A DNA stretch of 64,000 nt, taken from the IMG/VR virus record IMGVR_UViG_3300041411_000080, positions 1 to 64,000 of that record; one strand, given 5' to 3'. A program made the translations under genes and the position numbers. The notes beneath the pieces were generated by a model that saw only the letters and a program-made list of their open reading frames with translations, was not told where the DNA came from and did no database searches. Of the stretch, positions 43,903-53,213 are shown in pieces; positions within the stretch are counted from its first letter, which is position 1; each line of letters starts with the position of its first letter.

Positions 43903-44899
43903 TGGATTTTCCTTTTAGTAGTTTGATGGCCCATTCAGGGTAGCGTGATGTATACCCCAACTCCAACCGGCGTTGAGTCTCCAGTACCCGGAAGGTAAGA
44001 CCATCTGTCGGGAACATGTAATCATTCAAGTTCTCTGATACAAAAGACTCGATGCATTCTTCAATAGCACCGACCTCACGAACCTTACCATTGAAGACGA
44101 ATGCTGGCATGTGATGGAATCCCCAACTGGACATTATAGCCCGTAGTTCCATCAGCTCGAAGGTACAACCTGGAATGTTGACGGTGTGCGGGATGAACGT
44201 CAGACAATCTGGTTTTATCCCTTGATCACGAAACATGTTCATCATGACCTGTGTAGCTGTCATCTCAGGACCCACATCTTTCCAATCAGTTAACTCCATG
44301 TGTTCCGCTGTTGAGATAACAACTTTCCCATGGATATTAACACGCTCAGTTTCATTGATGTGTTGTGGTACACCATCAACCATGTACATGTGCATAGTGA
44401 CGTCTTTACCTACCAGACCATCACCATAATTAACGGCCTTGTGTAAAGACCCACCCACGTAAACCAACTCAACCTCAATACCTCTAAGAGCTGGCTCACA
44501 CAGGATGTCTTTTGCATCCACCGACTCAAACCAACGTCTTAGACTAGAAACGTCATGAGCTTCTCTCAGAGGTAACATTGGGAAGTCGTGTTTGGTTAAC
44601 TCCCCACGCGATAACATCTGTTCACGAATATTACGTGCTTGTGGTATGGCCGTCGCTGCATGTGGGTTCTCACGACACATACGTTCGTAATCTCGCTTGT
44701 AAATATCGTACTGCACGTCTGAGATCAATGGTTCTTTAAAGACGTGGTACATCAAGTCGTAGTTAGTGAGGGTGGCTCTCAATTCGTGGAGCTTTTGTAT
44801 CGATTGCATCGCCGTATTGCTCGGCAGCTTTGGCCCACCAGTCTGGGGTATGTGCATAGTAGTATTCACCGAAGATGTGGGTTGCGAGGGCATTATCAA
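43877..44899 (-). CDS. LigA adenylation-domain paralogue lacking the catalytic Lys (pseudo-ligase)
   Basis: ISDVQYD, FPMLPL, EPALRG in place of KxDG, GDG.VG.DVT, TDGLTF, GYTSRYPEWAIK; no OB, Zn finger or BRCT. Confidence 0.75.
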   Translation of the reverse strand: MIMPSQPTSSVNTTMHIPQTGGPKLPSNTAMQSIQKLHELRATLTNYDLMYHVFKEPLISDVQYDIYKRDYERMCRENPHAATAIPQARNIREQMLSRGELTKHDFPMLPLREAHDVSSLRRWFESVDAKDILCEPALRGIEVELVYVGGSLHKAVNYGDGLVGKDVTMHMYMVDGVPQHINETERVNIHGKVVISTAEHMELTDWKDVGPEMTATQVMMNMFRDQGIKPDCLTFIPHTVNIPGCTFELMELRAIMSSWGFHHMPAFVFNGKVREVGAIEECIESFVSENLNDYMFPTDGLTFRVLETQRRLELGYTSRYPEWAIKLLKGKSNDEHERTT

Positions 44900-45395
44900 A
44901 AGCGTCTAGCTTAGCTTGGTTGAGCTTTTTGATATTATGCTCCACCATGTTCATGAAGTGCTTGACGACAACCGACTGTGTAGCCAGAACGCAGTCAGAC
45001 TTACATGAAATGTCCACGAAACTGAGCGAATGACGATCACGTATCCCGTGACACGTTACGAGTAGGATATCTTCCACAAACAGTGAATATAATTCACGTA
45101 GGTCCTTGGAGTAGTCATCCGAGTCCTGTGTAAAGATCAGTTCCAACAGTCGGAGAGTCGGTTTAAGACGTTTAGGAATACGATCAGCGAAGCGTGAATA
45201 GTTGTCAAGGTCTTCACGATCTTTCTCCGTAAGCGTAAACATGAAACCGTAGATCGGTTCCAAGTACTTACCAGCTTTGAACAGATAAGGTTTATCCCGT
45301 TTTGGTGGTTCCCAGATGTAGTGCTTCTTAATGGTAGGTTGCTTGAACTGGTGTACCTCAATCGGTAACCCATCCGTGAATGTTAAGAAATGCAT
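44763..45395 (-). CDS. hypothetical protein (210 aa, start MHFLT)
   Basis: GAGG SD after a terminator. Confidence 0.75.
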   Translation of the reverse strand: MHFLTFTDGLPIEVHQFKQPTIKKHYIWEPPKRDKPYLFKAGKYLEPIYGFMFTLTEKDREDLDNYSRFADRIPKRLKPTLRLLELIFTQDSDDYSKDLRELYSLFVEDILLVTCHGIRDRHSLSFVDISCKSDCVLATQSVVVKHFMNMVEHNIKKLNQAKLDAFDNALATHIFGEYYYAHTPDWWAKAAEQYGDAIDTKAPRIESHPH

Positions 45396-45404
45396 GGTAA
45401 CCTC

Positions 45405-45437
45405 AGACAAAATAAAAAAGAGTCCCCGAAGGGACTC
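45405..45437. repeat. 33-bp exact repeat, copy 2 (terminator plus T-rich tail)
   Basis: identical to 24576..24608. Confidence 0.85.
45420..45437 (-). terminator. intrinsic terminator, cUUCGg loop
   Basis: GAGTCCC-TTCG-GGGACTC-TTTTTT. Confidence 0.85.
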
Positions 45438-45450
45438 CGTTTAGATGTTA

Positions 45451-46038
45451 TTACGCGATAGCATCTTGGGTGCCAGACTGACCCTGATACTTACCGTCGC
45501 CGTAACCAGACTCACATGGTTCACCTTGCAAGAACAATACCTGAGCAATACCACAGTTCAAGTACACTCGTACTGGCAAGTTGCAGTTGTTCACTACTTC
45601 TACCACAAGGTTACCTTTCCAACCCGGCTCCAGTGGCGTGACGATTACCGAGACAGCACCACGAGCATAGGTCGACTTACCGAGGCAGTTACCCAGAACG
45701 TCCTTCGGCATATCAAACCATTCAGGTGTATGACCCAACAGGAAACCGTTAGGTGGCAGCGATACGTAAGCTGCACCGTCAGTGGCGTACTTGATCACTG
45801 GTTCAATATAGATCTTTGGATCAATGTTCCGTGGATCAACTTCGACACAGTGTACGTCAGTGAACAGCTTCAGACCTTTGTCTGAAAGACTGATGTCGTA
45901 ACCATAGCTGGACAGACCATACGAAGGAACGCGGCTGCCGTCTTCGGTGTAGCGAACCTTCGTTGGATGAAACGGTTTGATCATTGGTGTGTCGCTAGTA
46001 CACAGATCACGAATTTGCCAATCGGCGAGAATAGTCAT
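45451..46038 (-). CDS. dcd: dCTP deaminase
   Basis: SYGLSSYGYD, GKSTYARG, TPLEPGW.G, IAQVLF, Y..GKYQGQ. Confidence 0.9.
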   Translation of the reverse strand: MTILADWQIRDLCTSDTPMIKPFHPTKVRYTEDGSRVPSYGLSSYGYDISLSDKGLKLFTDVHCVEVDPRNIDPKIYIEPVIKYATDGAAYVSLPPNGFLLGHTPEWFDMPKDVLGNCLGKSTYARGAVSVIVTPLEPGWKGNLVVEVVNNCNLPVRVYLNCGIAQVLFLQGEPCESGYGDGKYQGQSGTQDAIA

Positions 46039-46074
46039 TGGAATAACCTTGAATTGTTCATGTACACTATTAAG

Positions 46075-46599
46075 CTAGTAGGTAGGATCTTGCAGAGCCC
46101 CAGCTTTCTCTTGCGAAACCATATCCCAATAAGCCTGACAGATGTTGGTACATGGACGAGTAGCTTCCACTAACTTGATCTTATCGCCCTCTTTAGCCAT
46201 GGCCGGTACAGCGTAGTCACTGATAACGAACCGCGAGTCATGGATACCTGTACCTTCCAGTTTACAGATGGCATTGCCAACGATCAGATCCAAGGTCTTC
46301 ATGAACTGTTCAGGATTAACTGGAATGTTACCATGCTCATCGTATTTAATACGACTGACACATTCGCCTGGCTTTGGTAGGTCATGAATAGTGCTGCCAT
46401 TCAATGCGTTTTCGATATCGCAACGCATATCGAAGAAGACCCCGGCTGGACCACCTTTACGGATGCGGTAATCTTCCGTAAGGTCACGTTTTCTCAACTC
46501 TGGATCAACGAGTTGGAATCCCGACTGGTCACCAACCAAGGCCAATATTTCTTCCAATGGGTAGTCTTGGGGAAAGACCGGTTTAGAGGTATCGATCAT
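46075..46599 (-). CDS. hypothetical protein (174 aa)
   Basis: TAATG coupling. Confidence 0.8.
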   Translation of the reverse strand: MIDTSKPVFPQDYPLEEILALVGDQSGFQLVDPELRKRDLTEDYRIRKGGPAGVFFDMRCDIENALNGSTIHDLPKPGECVSRIKYDEHGNIPVNPEQFMKTLDLIVGNAICKLEGTGIHDSRFVISDYAVPAMAKEGDKIKLVEATRPCTNICQAYWDMVSQEKAGALQDPTY

Positions 46600-46892
46600 T
46601 ACACGTACCCCAGATATTCTTTCAGGATAGACTCAATACCCGACAGGTACTGCGGCTTCTTGATGGTCATGTTAACCAGACGCTCGCCATGGGATTGGAA
46701 GATCTCCCATTTGACTTGAATCGGATGCTCTTCATTCGGAGTGGTATAGTCAGCTGCGGTTGGGTAGATGACGATCTTGTTATGACCCGAATCAAAACTT
46801 ACCCAATCAGGAGTTTCATCTTTCTGACCACGACCCTTCCAATTAAGGTTATAGATCGTTTGTAACATTGACTCTACGGAATGTATGCTCAT
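46599..46892 (-). CDS. hypothetical protein (97 aa, start MSIHS)
   Basis: AAGGA SD; ATGA overlap with a micro-ORF. Confidence 0.7.
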   Translation of the reverse strand: MSIHSVESMLQTIYNLNWKGRGQKDETPDWVSFDSGHNKIVIYPTAADYTTPNEEHPIQVKWEIFQSHGERLVNMTIKKPQYLSGIESILKEYLGYV

Positions 46893-47038
46893 ACGGTGTC
46901 CTTCACATTGCGTGCCTTCCACCAATTCTCGACTGGTGGGATATCACATTTTGGTTTGGTCGCTATCATATCACAGATGCGAGTAGATTTACGATTCAGA
47001 TGCAGTTTACGGAACAACTTGGAATTACCGACCTTCAT
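46889..47038 (-). CDS. 49-aa basic peptide MKVGNSKLFRKLHLNRK...
   Basis: ATGA overlaps at both ends; fills the gap exactly. Confidence 0.65.
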   Translation of the reverse strand: MKVGNSKLFRKLHLNRKSTRICDMIATKPKCDIPPVENWWKARNVKDTV

Positions 47039-47826
47039 AGCGTAATACCACTCAATCCTCTTTGATCACGAGTAACGATGAATTCGTCATTGGCTTCACA
47101 GATGCACCGACGAGCGAGAAAGGTAAGTGCTGTAGGTGTAGCGATTTCGTACTTGGCATTAAGGACGATGTAGTAAGACGTAAGGATCAGTTCATTCAAC
47201 TCAGCTTCTGACAACTTATCCCATTCGTCTAGTGTGAAGTGTGGTGCAGTAGCCCATTCATCAGTGTGTTTGGACTTCACGATATCGATCGCACCCGGAG
47301 TCTCTACACCTACTACCGTAACATCGCTAAGTGGGATATACTTCTGCACTTTAGCGCAGAGCCTTTTACCAGCGGACATAGCTGAATCAAAAACAACGTT
47401 GCCATTCAGGACATCGCTGCTTATAATTTTCTGATGTACGTCACCCCATTTAAAGCCAGACTGATCACGGAGTTCAGTGAAACGACCACCTTCTTCAATG
47501 ATGACGCTATTCGGTATAAAGAACAAGACTCCCGGTACATGGCAAATTTCATCACGTGCTACATAACGAGTGAGGATCAGATGCTTACCAACGTACTTCT
47601 CTTTCTCGAGATTTGACATGAAGAACCACTCTTTGAATGGTACTACTTCAGCTTCACTCCAAACCTTAGGGAGACGAGACAACAACGTACCGAGTTGTTC
47701 TGAACTACGAGCGTTATAAACCATCGTAGTCGATTTCGGAATCCAATGAAACAGAATCTCACGGTTGTCAGGCCATTCGATATCTACCGCTTCCTTCGTT
47801 ACGCTACGTGCAAAGTTAAGTGACAT
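47035..47826 (-). CDS. hypothetical protein (263 aa)
   Basis: ORF tiles. Confidence 0.8.
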   Translation of the reverse strand: MSLNFARSVTKEAVDIEWPDNREILFHWIPKSTTMVYNARSSEQLGTLLSRLPKVWSEAEVVPFKEWFFMSNLEKEKYVGKHLILTRYVARDEICHVPGVLFFIPNSVIIEEGGRFTELRDQSGFKWGDVHQKIISSDVLNGNVVFDSAMSAGKRLCAKVQKYIPLSDVTVVGVETPGAIDIVKSKHTDEWATAPHFTLDEWDKLSEAELNELILTSYYIVLNAKYEIATPTALTFLARRCICEANDEFIVTRDQRGLSGITL

Positions 47827-47829
47827 CTA

Positions 47830-48240
47830 TTATACCTTCATATCCAAGTCGAGTTGCAATTCAAACACCACCACGTAACGATCCCATTCATTAACGATGT
47901 TCACGGTCAGTAGTTGTTTGGTCAGAGCATGTTCTGGGTTCTGCTTGAGGACTTCTGCGATAGAGTACTCTACTTCAGCACCAATCGATTCACGAACCAT
48001 TGCACCGCCAGTGATGGTCCATGGTGCAGAGTTTTTGTCACGCTTAACCGTAGTGTTAATACGGACGAATGCTGTACCCGAGGTAGGCATGCTGTAGTCA
48101 AGTATGCGATTGTATTTATCTACAATCGCAATGACCTCGTTAACTTTATCTTCTGCCGTGTAATGATAGACGATACCGTTATCAAACGTTAGGTTGATCT
48201 TGTTCAGATGACTCGCTGTTAAGACTCGACTCTTCGACAT
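47830..48240 (-). CDS. hypothetical protein (136 aa, start MSKSR)
   Basis: GGAGA SD before ATG 48240. Confidence 0.7.
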   Translation of the reverse strand: MSKSRVLTASHLNKINLTFDNGIVYHYTAEDKVNEVIAIVDKYNRILDYSMPTSGTAFVRINTTVKRDKNSAPWTITGGAMVRESIGAEVEYSIAEVLKQNPEHALTKQLLTVNIVNEWDRYVVVFELQLDLDMKV

Positions 48241-48898
48241 CTGTAATCTCCGGGTAGACGTGTTCACGAAATTCAGTGTAGCTCATGAATTCGTCGGTGG
48301 CATTGAAGTGGGTACTCCAAACGTTGTAATGGGTCCATGCGTCAACATACACTTCCTTACCGGCAGCGAATGCTGTCTCAACGGCAGAATCATAGATCGC
48401 TGTGCGGGCCATACGACGATTCATTGCAGCTAGTAGCTGGACTTTTTCATCCAGATACACGTACGCGAACTTCTTATCGTGGCGAGCAATGGACTTGGTA
48501 TTGGAGATCAGATCTGACAACTTCAGTTCCAGCGTCTTATCACAACGTGCCATTACGTGCGACCGGTCGATCCCTTTACGGACCGCACGGTTACCATCTT
48601 CTGGTGTGGAGATGTCGGTTACACCTTCAACCAGACGGGCAACTTCCTGACCGAATACTTGAGCGACGTGTGCCAGCGTTACGCTGGTATCTTCCACCAC
48701 GTCATGCAGAAGAATCGCTACCTGTTGCGCGATACTTGGTTCACAGTGCGTCAGGAGGATCTGTAATGCTTCCTCAGGATGATTATGGTAATCCTCGCCC
48801 GTGTACTTACGTTTCTGCCCGACAGCGGCATGAGCAGCGATACAGAAGGCCCTTGCCATTTCTACAACGGTGTAATCTCTAGGTGCTTGAGTGCGCAT
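48182..48898 (-). CDS. HD-domain (p)ppGpp-hydrolase-like protein (Mesh1/small alarmone hydrolase)
   Basis: AAH..GQKRKYTGEDY.NHP, LLHDVVEDT, FG.EVA.LV..VT, KLSD.ISN. Confidence 0.8.
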   Translation of the reverse strand: MRTQAPRDYTVVEMARAFCIAAHAAVGQKRKYTGEDYHNHPEEALQILLTHCEPSIAQQVAILLHDVVEDTSVTLAHVAQVFGQEVARLVEGVTDISTPEDGNRAVRKGIDRSHVMARCDKTLELKLSDLISNTKSIARHDKKFAYVYLDEKVQLLAAMNRRMARTAIYDSAVETAFAAGKEVYVDAWTHYNVWSTHFNATDEFMSYTEFREHVYPEITDVEESSLNSESSEQDQPNV

Positions 48899-49068
48899 TA
48901 GTCATCCTTCATTACGTGTTCAGCCCAACGTCTAAGGAAGTCCGCAAAAGGGCTACTGTAGGTTTCTCTGAAAGATACCCGTACCCAGCGTTTTGGATTG
49001 TACTTATCGTTAAGCTTGAGGCGATGTTTTAGTTTGGTCTTAAACCAGTGCCGACTTTGTTTTGCCAT
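48898..49068 (-). CDS. 56-aa basic peptide MAKQSRHWFKTKLKHRLK...
   Basis: TAATG overlaps at both ends. Confidence 0.7.
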   Translation of the reverse strand: MAKQSRHWFKTKLKHRLKLNDKYNPKRWVRVSFRETYSSPFADFLRRWAEHVMKDD

Positions 49069-49715
49069 TAGCGTTCACCAATAACATCGTAGGCTACAGC
49101 ACTTTCCAGTTTTGGTGTCGGGTTACTTTCCCGAAAAGCTGCTTTACGCTGCTTCTCTAGGTACTGCTCACGTTCCCAATCTTCCCGTTCAGCCTGTTCT
49201 TGTAGATGATACCAGTGGATAGGTGACCATTCCTTCACCACGAGTCCTCGATAAACCCCTGGACCCAACAGTAGGATGTAACCTTCAGGCATGTCATAGA
49301 TAACCTGATTAGCTGTAATGCATTGACGTAAAGACCGCTGCTGTTTAATGTTTTCAGGTCTGTATACGTCAACCAGATAACGCTTTTCACGGTTTACGCA
49401 CGCAACGCGAACTTGTGTATAGACCTCACCTTGTAAAGCAGCGTCATCACGATGTTGATTGACTCTGGTAACAGCGTACACCAGCTTTCCGTGATAGTTC
49501 TCTACCAGTCCACGTGCTTCACGAATATTCTTGGAACGTACTTGCTCAAAAGCCTGAACCGTAGCCTGATGTTCAGGTTGCAGGAAAGGGTTATGCTTGC
49601 GCACATGACGTTCGATCTTGGATGTAATGTATTTACTACGATCAGCCATACCCAAGAGGTTACGGTAATGTTCAATCGACATTACGATTTGTTGTTCGTT
49701 ATGATTACGTTCCAT
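49068..49715 (-). CDS. hypothetical protein (215 aa)
   Basis: GAGGTGA SD. Confidence 0.8.
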   Translation of the reverse strand: MERNHNEQQIVMSIEHYRNLLGMADRSKYITSKIERHVRKHNPFLQPEHQATVQAFEQVRSKNIREARGLVENYHGKLVYAVTRVNQHRDDAALQGEVYTQVRVACVNREKRYLVDVYRPENIKQQRSLRQCITANQVIYDMPEGYILLLGPGVYRGLVVKEWSPIHWYHLQEQAEREDWEREQYLEKQRKAAFRESNPTPKLESAVAYDVIGER

Positions 49716-49723
49716 GGTTCACC

Positions 49724-50095
49724 TCAGTTGATTAAACAGTAAGGAGCCGTGTTAGTTTCACGGATTTCCTTAAGGGTCTTTTTGATGTCTTTGTCGTTCT
49801 TGAGTGGATACTCGATAACCACGAATGTAGCTACCTTAGTCTTACCTTTCTCATCACGATTAATTTCTTGATCATGGAGATTCTGGAAAAACCGATTAGG
49901 GTGCTTCCCTGACGTCAGTAGCTTGAGGTGTTTATCAACGTCCTTAGAGACATCGCTAGACGAACCCATAATAAACCGACCTGAATCACGATGATCGATT
50001 ATGTAAGCACCTTTCTTTACGACATCACGACGACCACCTTTAATGGAAGCGCTATGCGTCCACTGGTTACCTCTATGGGTTGTCTCGAAACTCAT
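49724..50095 (-). CDS. stand-alone degenerate GIY-YIG-like protein
   Basis: GAYII....GRFIMGSS.D...H...L..GKHPN..FQ; the catalytic Arg position appears to be Asp. Confidence 0.6.
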   Translation of the reverse strand: MSFETTHRGNQWTHSASIKGGRRDVVKKGAYIIDHRDSGRFIMGSSSDVSKDVDKHLKLLTSGKHPNRFFQNLHDQEINRDEKGKTKVATFVVIEYPLKNDKDIKKTLKEIRETNTAPYCLIN

Positions 50096-50104
50096 GGTTA
50101 ATCC

Positions 50105-50470
50105 TTAGAGGCTGATGTGTTCTGACATATGCATCGCATGATCGGTGAGTGTGGCCAACGCATGGACGAACACCGTCTGACCTTCGCGCCAATTAGGGCT
50201 GAAGATGAAATCACCTTTAACATGCCAAGGGCGACCAACATCCCAGTCTACTGAATAGACCTTACCCAAGTACTGACATTCGAGGCGGTTCTTCCACAGC
50301 TGGAGTACCAGACCTTGCATAGTACGTGAGTTAAGTTTGATGGTAGCATAATCACCGTGAAAAATCATCGGAGCGATAAAGCATTGTTTCCACAACAACG
50401 GGATCTGAGTTTTGAAGGTCAACTTAATCAGATCGGCAACCTCGGTGTTAACTAGGTTGGGTTTGGTCAT
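50105..50470 (-). CDS. hypothetical protein (121 aa)
   Basis: GAGGT SD. Confidence 0.8.
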   Translation of the reverse strand: MTKPNLVNTEVADLIKLTFKTQIPLLWKQCFIAPMIFHGDYATIKLNSRTMQGLVLQLWKNRLECQYLGKVYSVDWDVGRPWHVKGDFIFSPNWREGQTVFVHALATLTDHAMHMSEHISL

Positions 50471-50477
50471 ACTTACC

Positions 50478-51128
50478 TCAGCAAAGATTTTCTAAACGTG
50501 GATCTGTTGGCTTCAGGATTTGACGCCAATCAATTTCTTCATAGGGGTAGTCTTCCTCGTAACGCTTGAGGAATTCCAATGCCCACTTAGTACCTGCTTC
50601 AGTGAACAGGTTCTTGCGAATAGGTACACCTGCTTCAATAGCCAGATGTAGGGCTGTAGCGGTGCCACCCGTAATCACTTCGCGTTTAGGGTCACCCTTG
50701 GTAGGGGCAGAATAGATAATCGCTCTCACATGCGATTTAAGGTCATGTCCAAAGATTTGGAACACGTTACGAGTATGTAGTGATTCCCCGTAATCATCCA
50801 GTCCCCTGAATGAACCTCTAGCTGACTGTGCCATAGCTCTAGCTAGATCCCAGTTCTCTGCGAAGTCTTGTGCGATCATAAAGAATGGATGTTGAGCAAC
50901 TCGTCTACGAGAAGCTTTAGACTCCACCAAATAAATTCTAGCCCCTACCTCGGAATACTTCCGGGATTGTTTAGCACCATACCAACCAGCGCGGTCAGCC
51001 CCGAAAGCATCGCCTGAACTAACAGCGATCCCTAGATCCGTATAGGTACGACCTATACGAATCAGTAGTTCAAGATCATCAAGACTCGCTTCACGCGAAC
51101 CTACTATTGCAACGTATTCTTGTTCCAT
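50478..51128 (-). CDS. SLOG/DprA-like nucleotide-binding protein
   Basis: VAIVGSR, SSGDAFGAD, GGTA.A. Confidence 0.7.
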   Translation of the reverse strand: MEQEYVAIVGSREASLDDLELLIRIGRTYTDLGIAVSSGDAFGADRAGWYGAKQSRKYSEVGARIYLVESKASRRRVAQHPFFMIAQDFAENWDLARAMAQSARGSFRGLDDYGESLHTRNVFQIFGHDLKSHVRAIIYSAPTKGDPKREVITGGTATALHLAIEAGVPIRKNLFTEAGTKWALEFLKRYEEDYPYEEIDWRQILKPTDPRLENLC

Positions 51129-51940
51129 CCATTACTCTCCAAAACATCCCCGAAGAAGAACTCTACAGGATTAGTCAGTTGAGTAATTGGTGGTAATTCA
51201 AGTTCGGTCATTATACGCGCGTCCTTAAGAATGTACCCGCCGTTTGTACGAGCGTGGTGCTTAGGAGGCAATAGATCGATGTCAGCTTGATCGAGTTTCT
51301 TATCCGTAGTTAACTCTTTCCAACCAATATAGGTACCACGTTTGAAGAAGTACGGATAGTGGTTCCAGTTCACACCGTGTTCAGACCACAACATCTCCTG
51401 AATCTCTGATGTATTCTTTTTGTGGAGTTGTTTATTGGAGAAGTAGTGGTGACCTGCCATTTGAATGGAATTCTTGGTAGCATCCCATTCACGCCAGATC
51501 AATACGTTCACAGCTTCCATGAGGTTTGGTACGTTCCATACGCGTGCATCAAACGTAGGGTTACGTTTAGCGTATTTCGGCATGTGCTCTAGGATGTACT
51601 GGTTGAAGTAAAGCGTGGCATGTGACCCTAGAAGGCTAACCATCTTCTGTACTCGTCCGTCAAACCAAGTCTTGGATTTAAATGAAGGACTAAACCAGAT
51701 AAGCGTAATCTCATCAGACTGTGTATAACCTACGGTTGCGTTAGTGTGCCTCACCAGTTCCTTAGTGGTGTGGATCATTGCTTTCGACATCGTGGCGTCG
51801 AATGGACGTTCCATACCGCGAGTGAATCTGGAGAATCCACGTCCATCAATCCGAGCTACGATTGGTACTAACGGCATAAAGCGCTCTTGCGCCATAGCCG
51901 ATTCATAAAGCTTCATACGATCGCCAAGTGCATCATTCAT
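51104..51940 (-). CDS. thg1: Thg1-like tRNA-His guanylyltransferase / 3'-5' polymerase
   Basis: RIDGRGFSRF, PFD, YTQSDEI, FDGRVQK, FDAR, WREWDA.KNS. Confidence 0.9.
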   Translation of the reverse strand: MNDALGDRMKLYESAMAQERFMPLVPIVARIDGRGFSRFTRGMERPFDATMSKAMIHTTKELVRHTNATVGYTQSDEITLIWFSPSFKSKTWFDGRVQKMVSLLGSHATLYFNQYILEHMPKYAKRNPTFDARVWNVPNLMEAVNVLIWREWDATKNSIQMAGHHYFSNKQLHKKNTSEIQEMLWSEHGVNWNHYPYFFKRGTYIGWKELTTDKKLDQADIDLLPPKHHARTNGGYILKDARIMTELELPPITQLTNPVEFFFGDVLESNGWNKNTLQ

Positions 51941-51946
51941 TTCTTA

Positions 51947-52159
51947 TTAATCCCATTCTTCATCAGATGCTTGTTCATCTGCGTTTTTACTGATAGCCCG
52001 CTTTTGTTCTATGGTAAAGGTATGCCACATTTCACGGAGGTCGTCATTGATGTAGTTCCGCCAGTTGTGAACGCGCCCACCAATTTCCCAGTTAGGTTCG
52101 TCGCAATCTACGTCAAGCACTATTGGCCTCCCGCATGCTATCGATCTCGAGTTGTACAC
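51947..52159 (-). CDS. small conserved phage protein
   Basis: VHNWRNY....W.TF..EQK...EEWD. Confidence 0.7.
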   Translation of the reverse strand: MYNSRSIACGRPIVLDVDCDEPNWEIGGRVHNWRNYINDDLREMWHTFTIEQKRAISKNADEQASDEEWD

Positions 52160-52595
52160 TAAGATCAGTTAGGAACAAGATTACCGAATGATGCATGTCC
52201 TGAACTTCAACAGGCAGCTTAGCTGCCACTAATGGATTAAATATAAGGTCGCCACAAATAATACTAATCCCAACGACTTGTGCTATGAGGATGGATTCAT
52301 CCTGAACAGCACGATTACAGCGATACGCATTGGTCTGGATGACCAATTGAACTGTGCAACCTACTGGAAGGCGATACTGATAAGTTTCAAGTACAGTTCC
52401 CTTAGCGAATGTTTCTTCACCACGCGTTTCCCTATGGGACTGACCTCTTAAAATTATGCTCCATCCTTGTTCGGTGAACGATGTCTTCTCGAGCCATTCG
52501 TTAATGAAGTAGATTGCACTTGCGTAACCACCGGCCACATTAAAGGCATGTACATCGGGTAGATCATTCATTTTCGATAGATCATTCATCTTCAA
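52113..52595 (-). CDS. hypothetical protein (160 aa)
   Basis: ORF tiles. Confidence 0.7.
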   Translation of the reverse strand: MKMNDLSKMNDLPDVHAFNVAGGYASAIYFINEWLEKTSFTEQGWSIILRGQSHRETRGEETFAKGTVLETYQYRLPVGCTVQLVIQTNAYRCNRAVQDESILIAQVVGISIICGDLIFNPLVAAKLPVEVQDMHHSVILFLTDLSVQLEIDSMREANSA

Positions 52596-53055
52596 ACCCC
52601 TTTACAGTAGTGTAGTGCTTTACATTTCCGATGGGGGCGCATTTAACAGCCTTAACCAGTAGGTCACCTTGTTTGTGTGCATCACCCCAAGCAGTTACCA
52701 AACCAGTTTTATGATCCTCATGTTCGAGCAACCATTCGGCTGCACGCTTGAGTAGTTCGTCATGATCCCAATGATGGAAACCAATCTTACCATGGTAGAC
52801 TTCTTTTGGTTCCCAACGCCACAGACGATCTTCGAAATCGTAAGGAGCACGTTTAACCATTACTTCTACCAACAACTTCCAACAGTAGGGTTGATCATCG
52901 GCAAACTTGTCTTCTTCAGGGGACAGATAGATCTCAAGAAGATTTCCACCGACACAACGTTCCATCAAGTGGACGCGACTATTGGAGTTACCGCCATAGC
53001 TGAGTTCCAATTTCATGGATCGGCTAAAAGAACGGATGATGTCAATGTGCTTCAT
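52582..53055 (-). CDS. hypothetical protein (157 aa)
   Basis: AAGGA SD; ATGA coupling. Confidence 0.75.
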   Translation of the reverse strand: MKHIDIIRSFSRSMKLELSYGGNSNSRVHLMERCVGGNLLEIYLSPEEDKFADDQPYCWKLLVEVMVKRAPYDFEDRLWRWEPKEVYHGKIGFHHWDHDELLKRAAEWLLEHEDHKTGLVTAWGDAHKQGDLLVKAVKCAPIGNVKHYTTVKGFEDE

Positions 53056-53213
53056 TTAAGTATCCTTGGTCGCAGAGATTTGATTTGCTTGATTAGATCG
53101 TTACGATAATAACGCTGACTAATATTAGCCTTAACCCGTTCAGCATGCTCCACTGTGAAGTAATGGTGTAAGTTTTCGTAGATCCAGTTGTGTTCCCATT
53201 GTAGCGGATTCAT
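53052..53213 (-). CDS. 53-aa peptide MNPLQWEHNWIYENLHHY...
   Basis: start overlaps the 53210 stop and the stop overlaps the 53055 start; AAGGA SD. Confidence 0.7.
   Translation of the reverse strand: MNPLQWEHNWIYENLHHYFTVEHAERVKANISQRYYRNDLIKQIKSLRPRILK

Noticed and set aside
52559-52592. 18-bp-period duplication encoding KMNDL twice
   Set aside because: Single local slippage at a start region; no array
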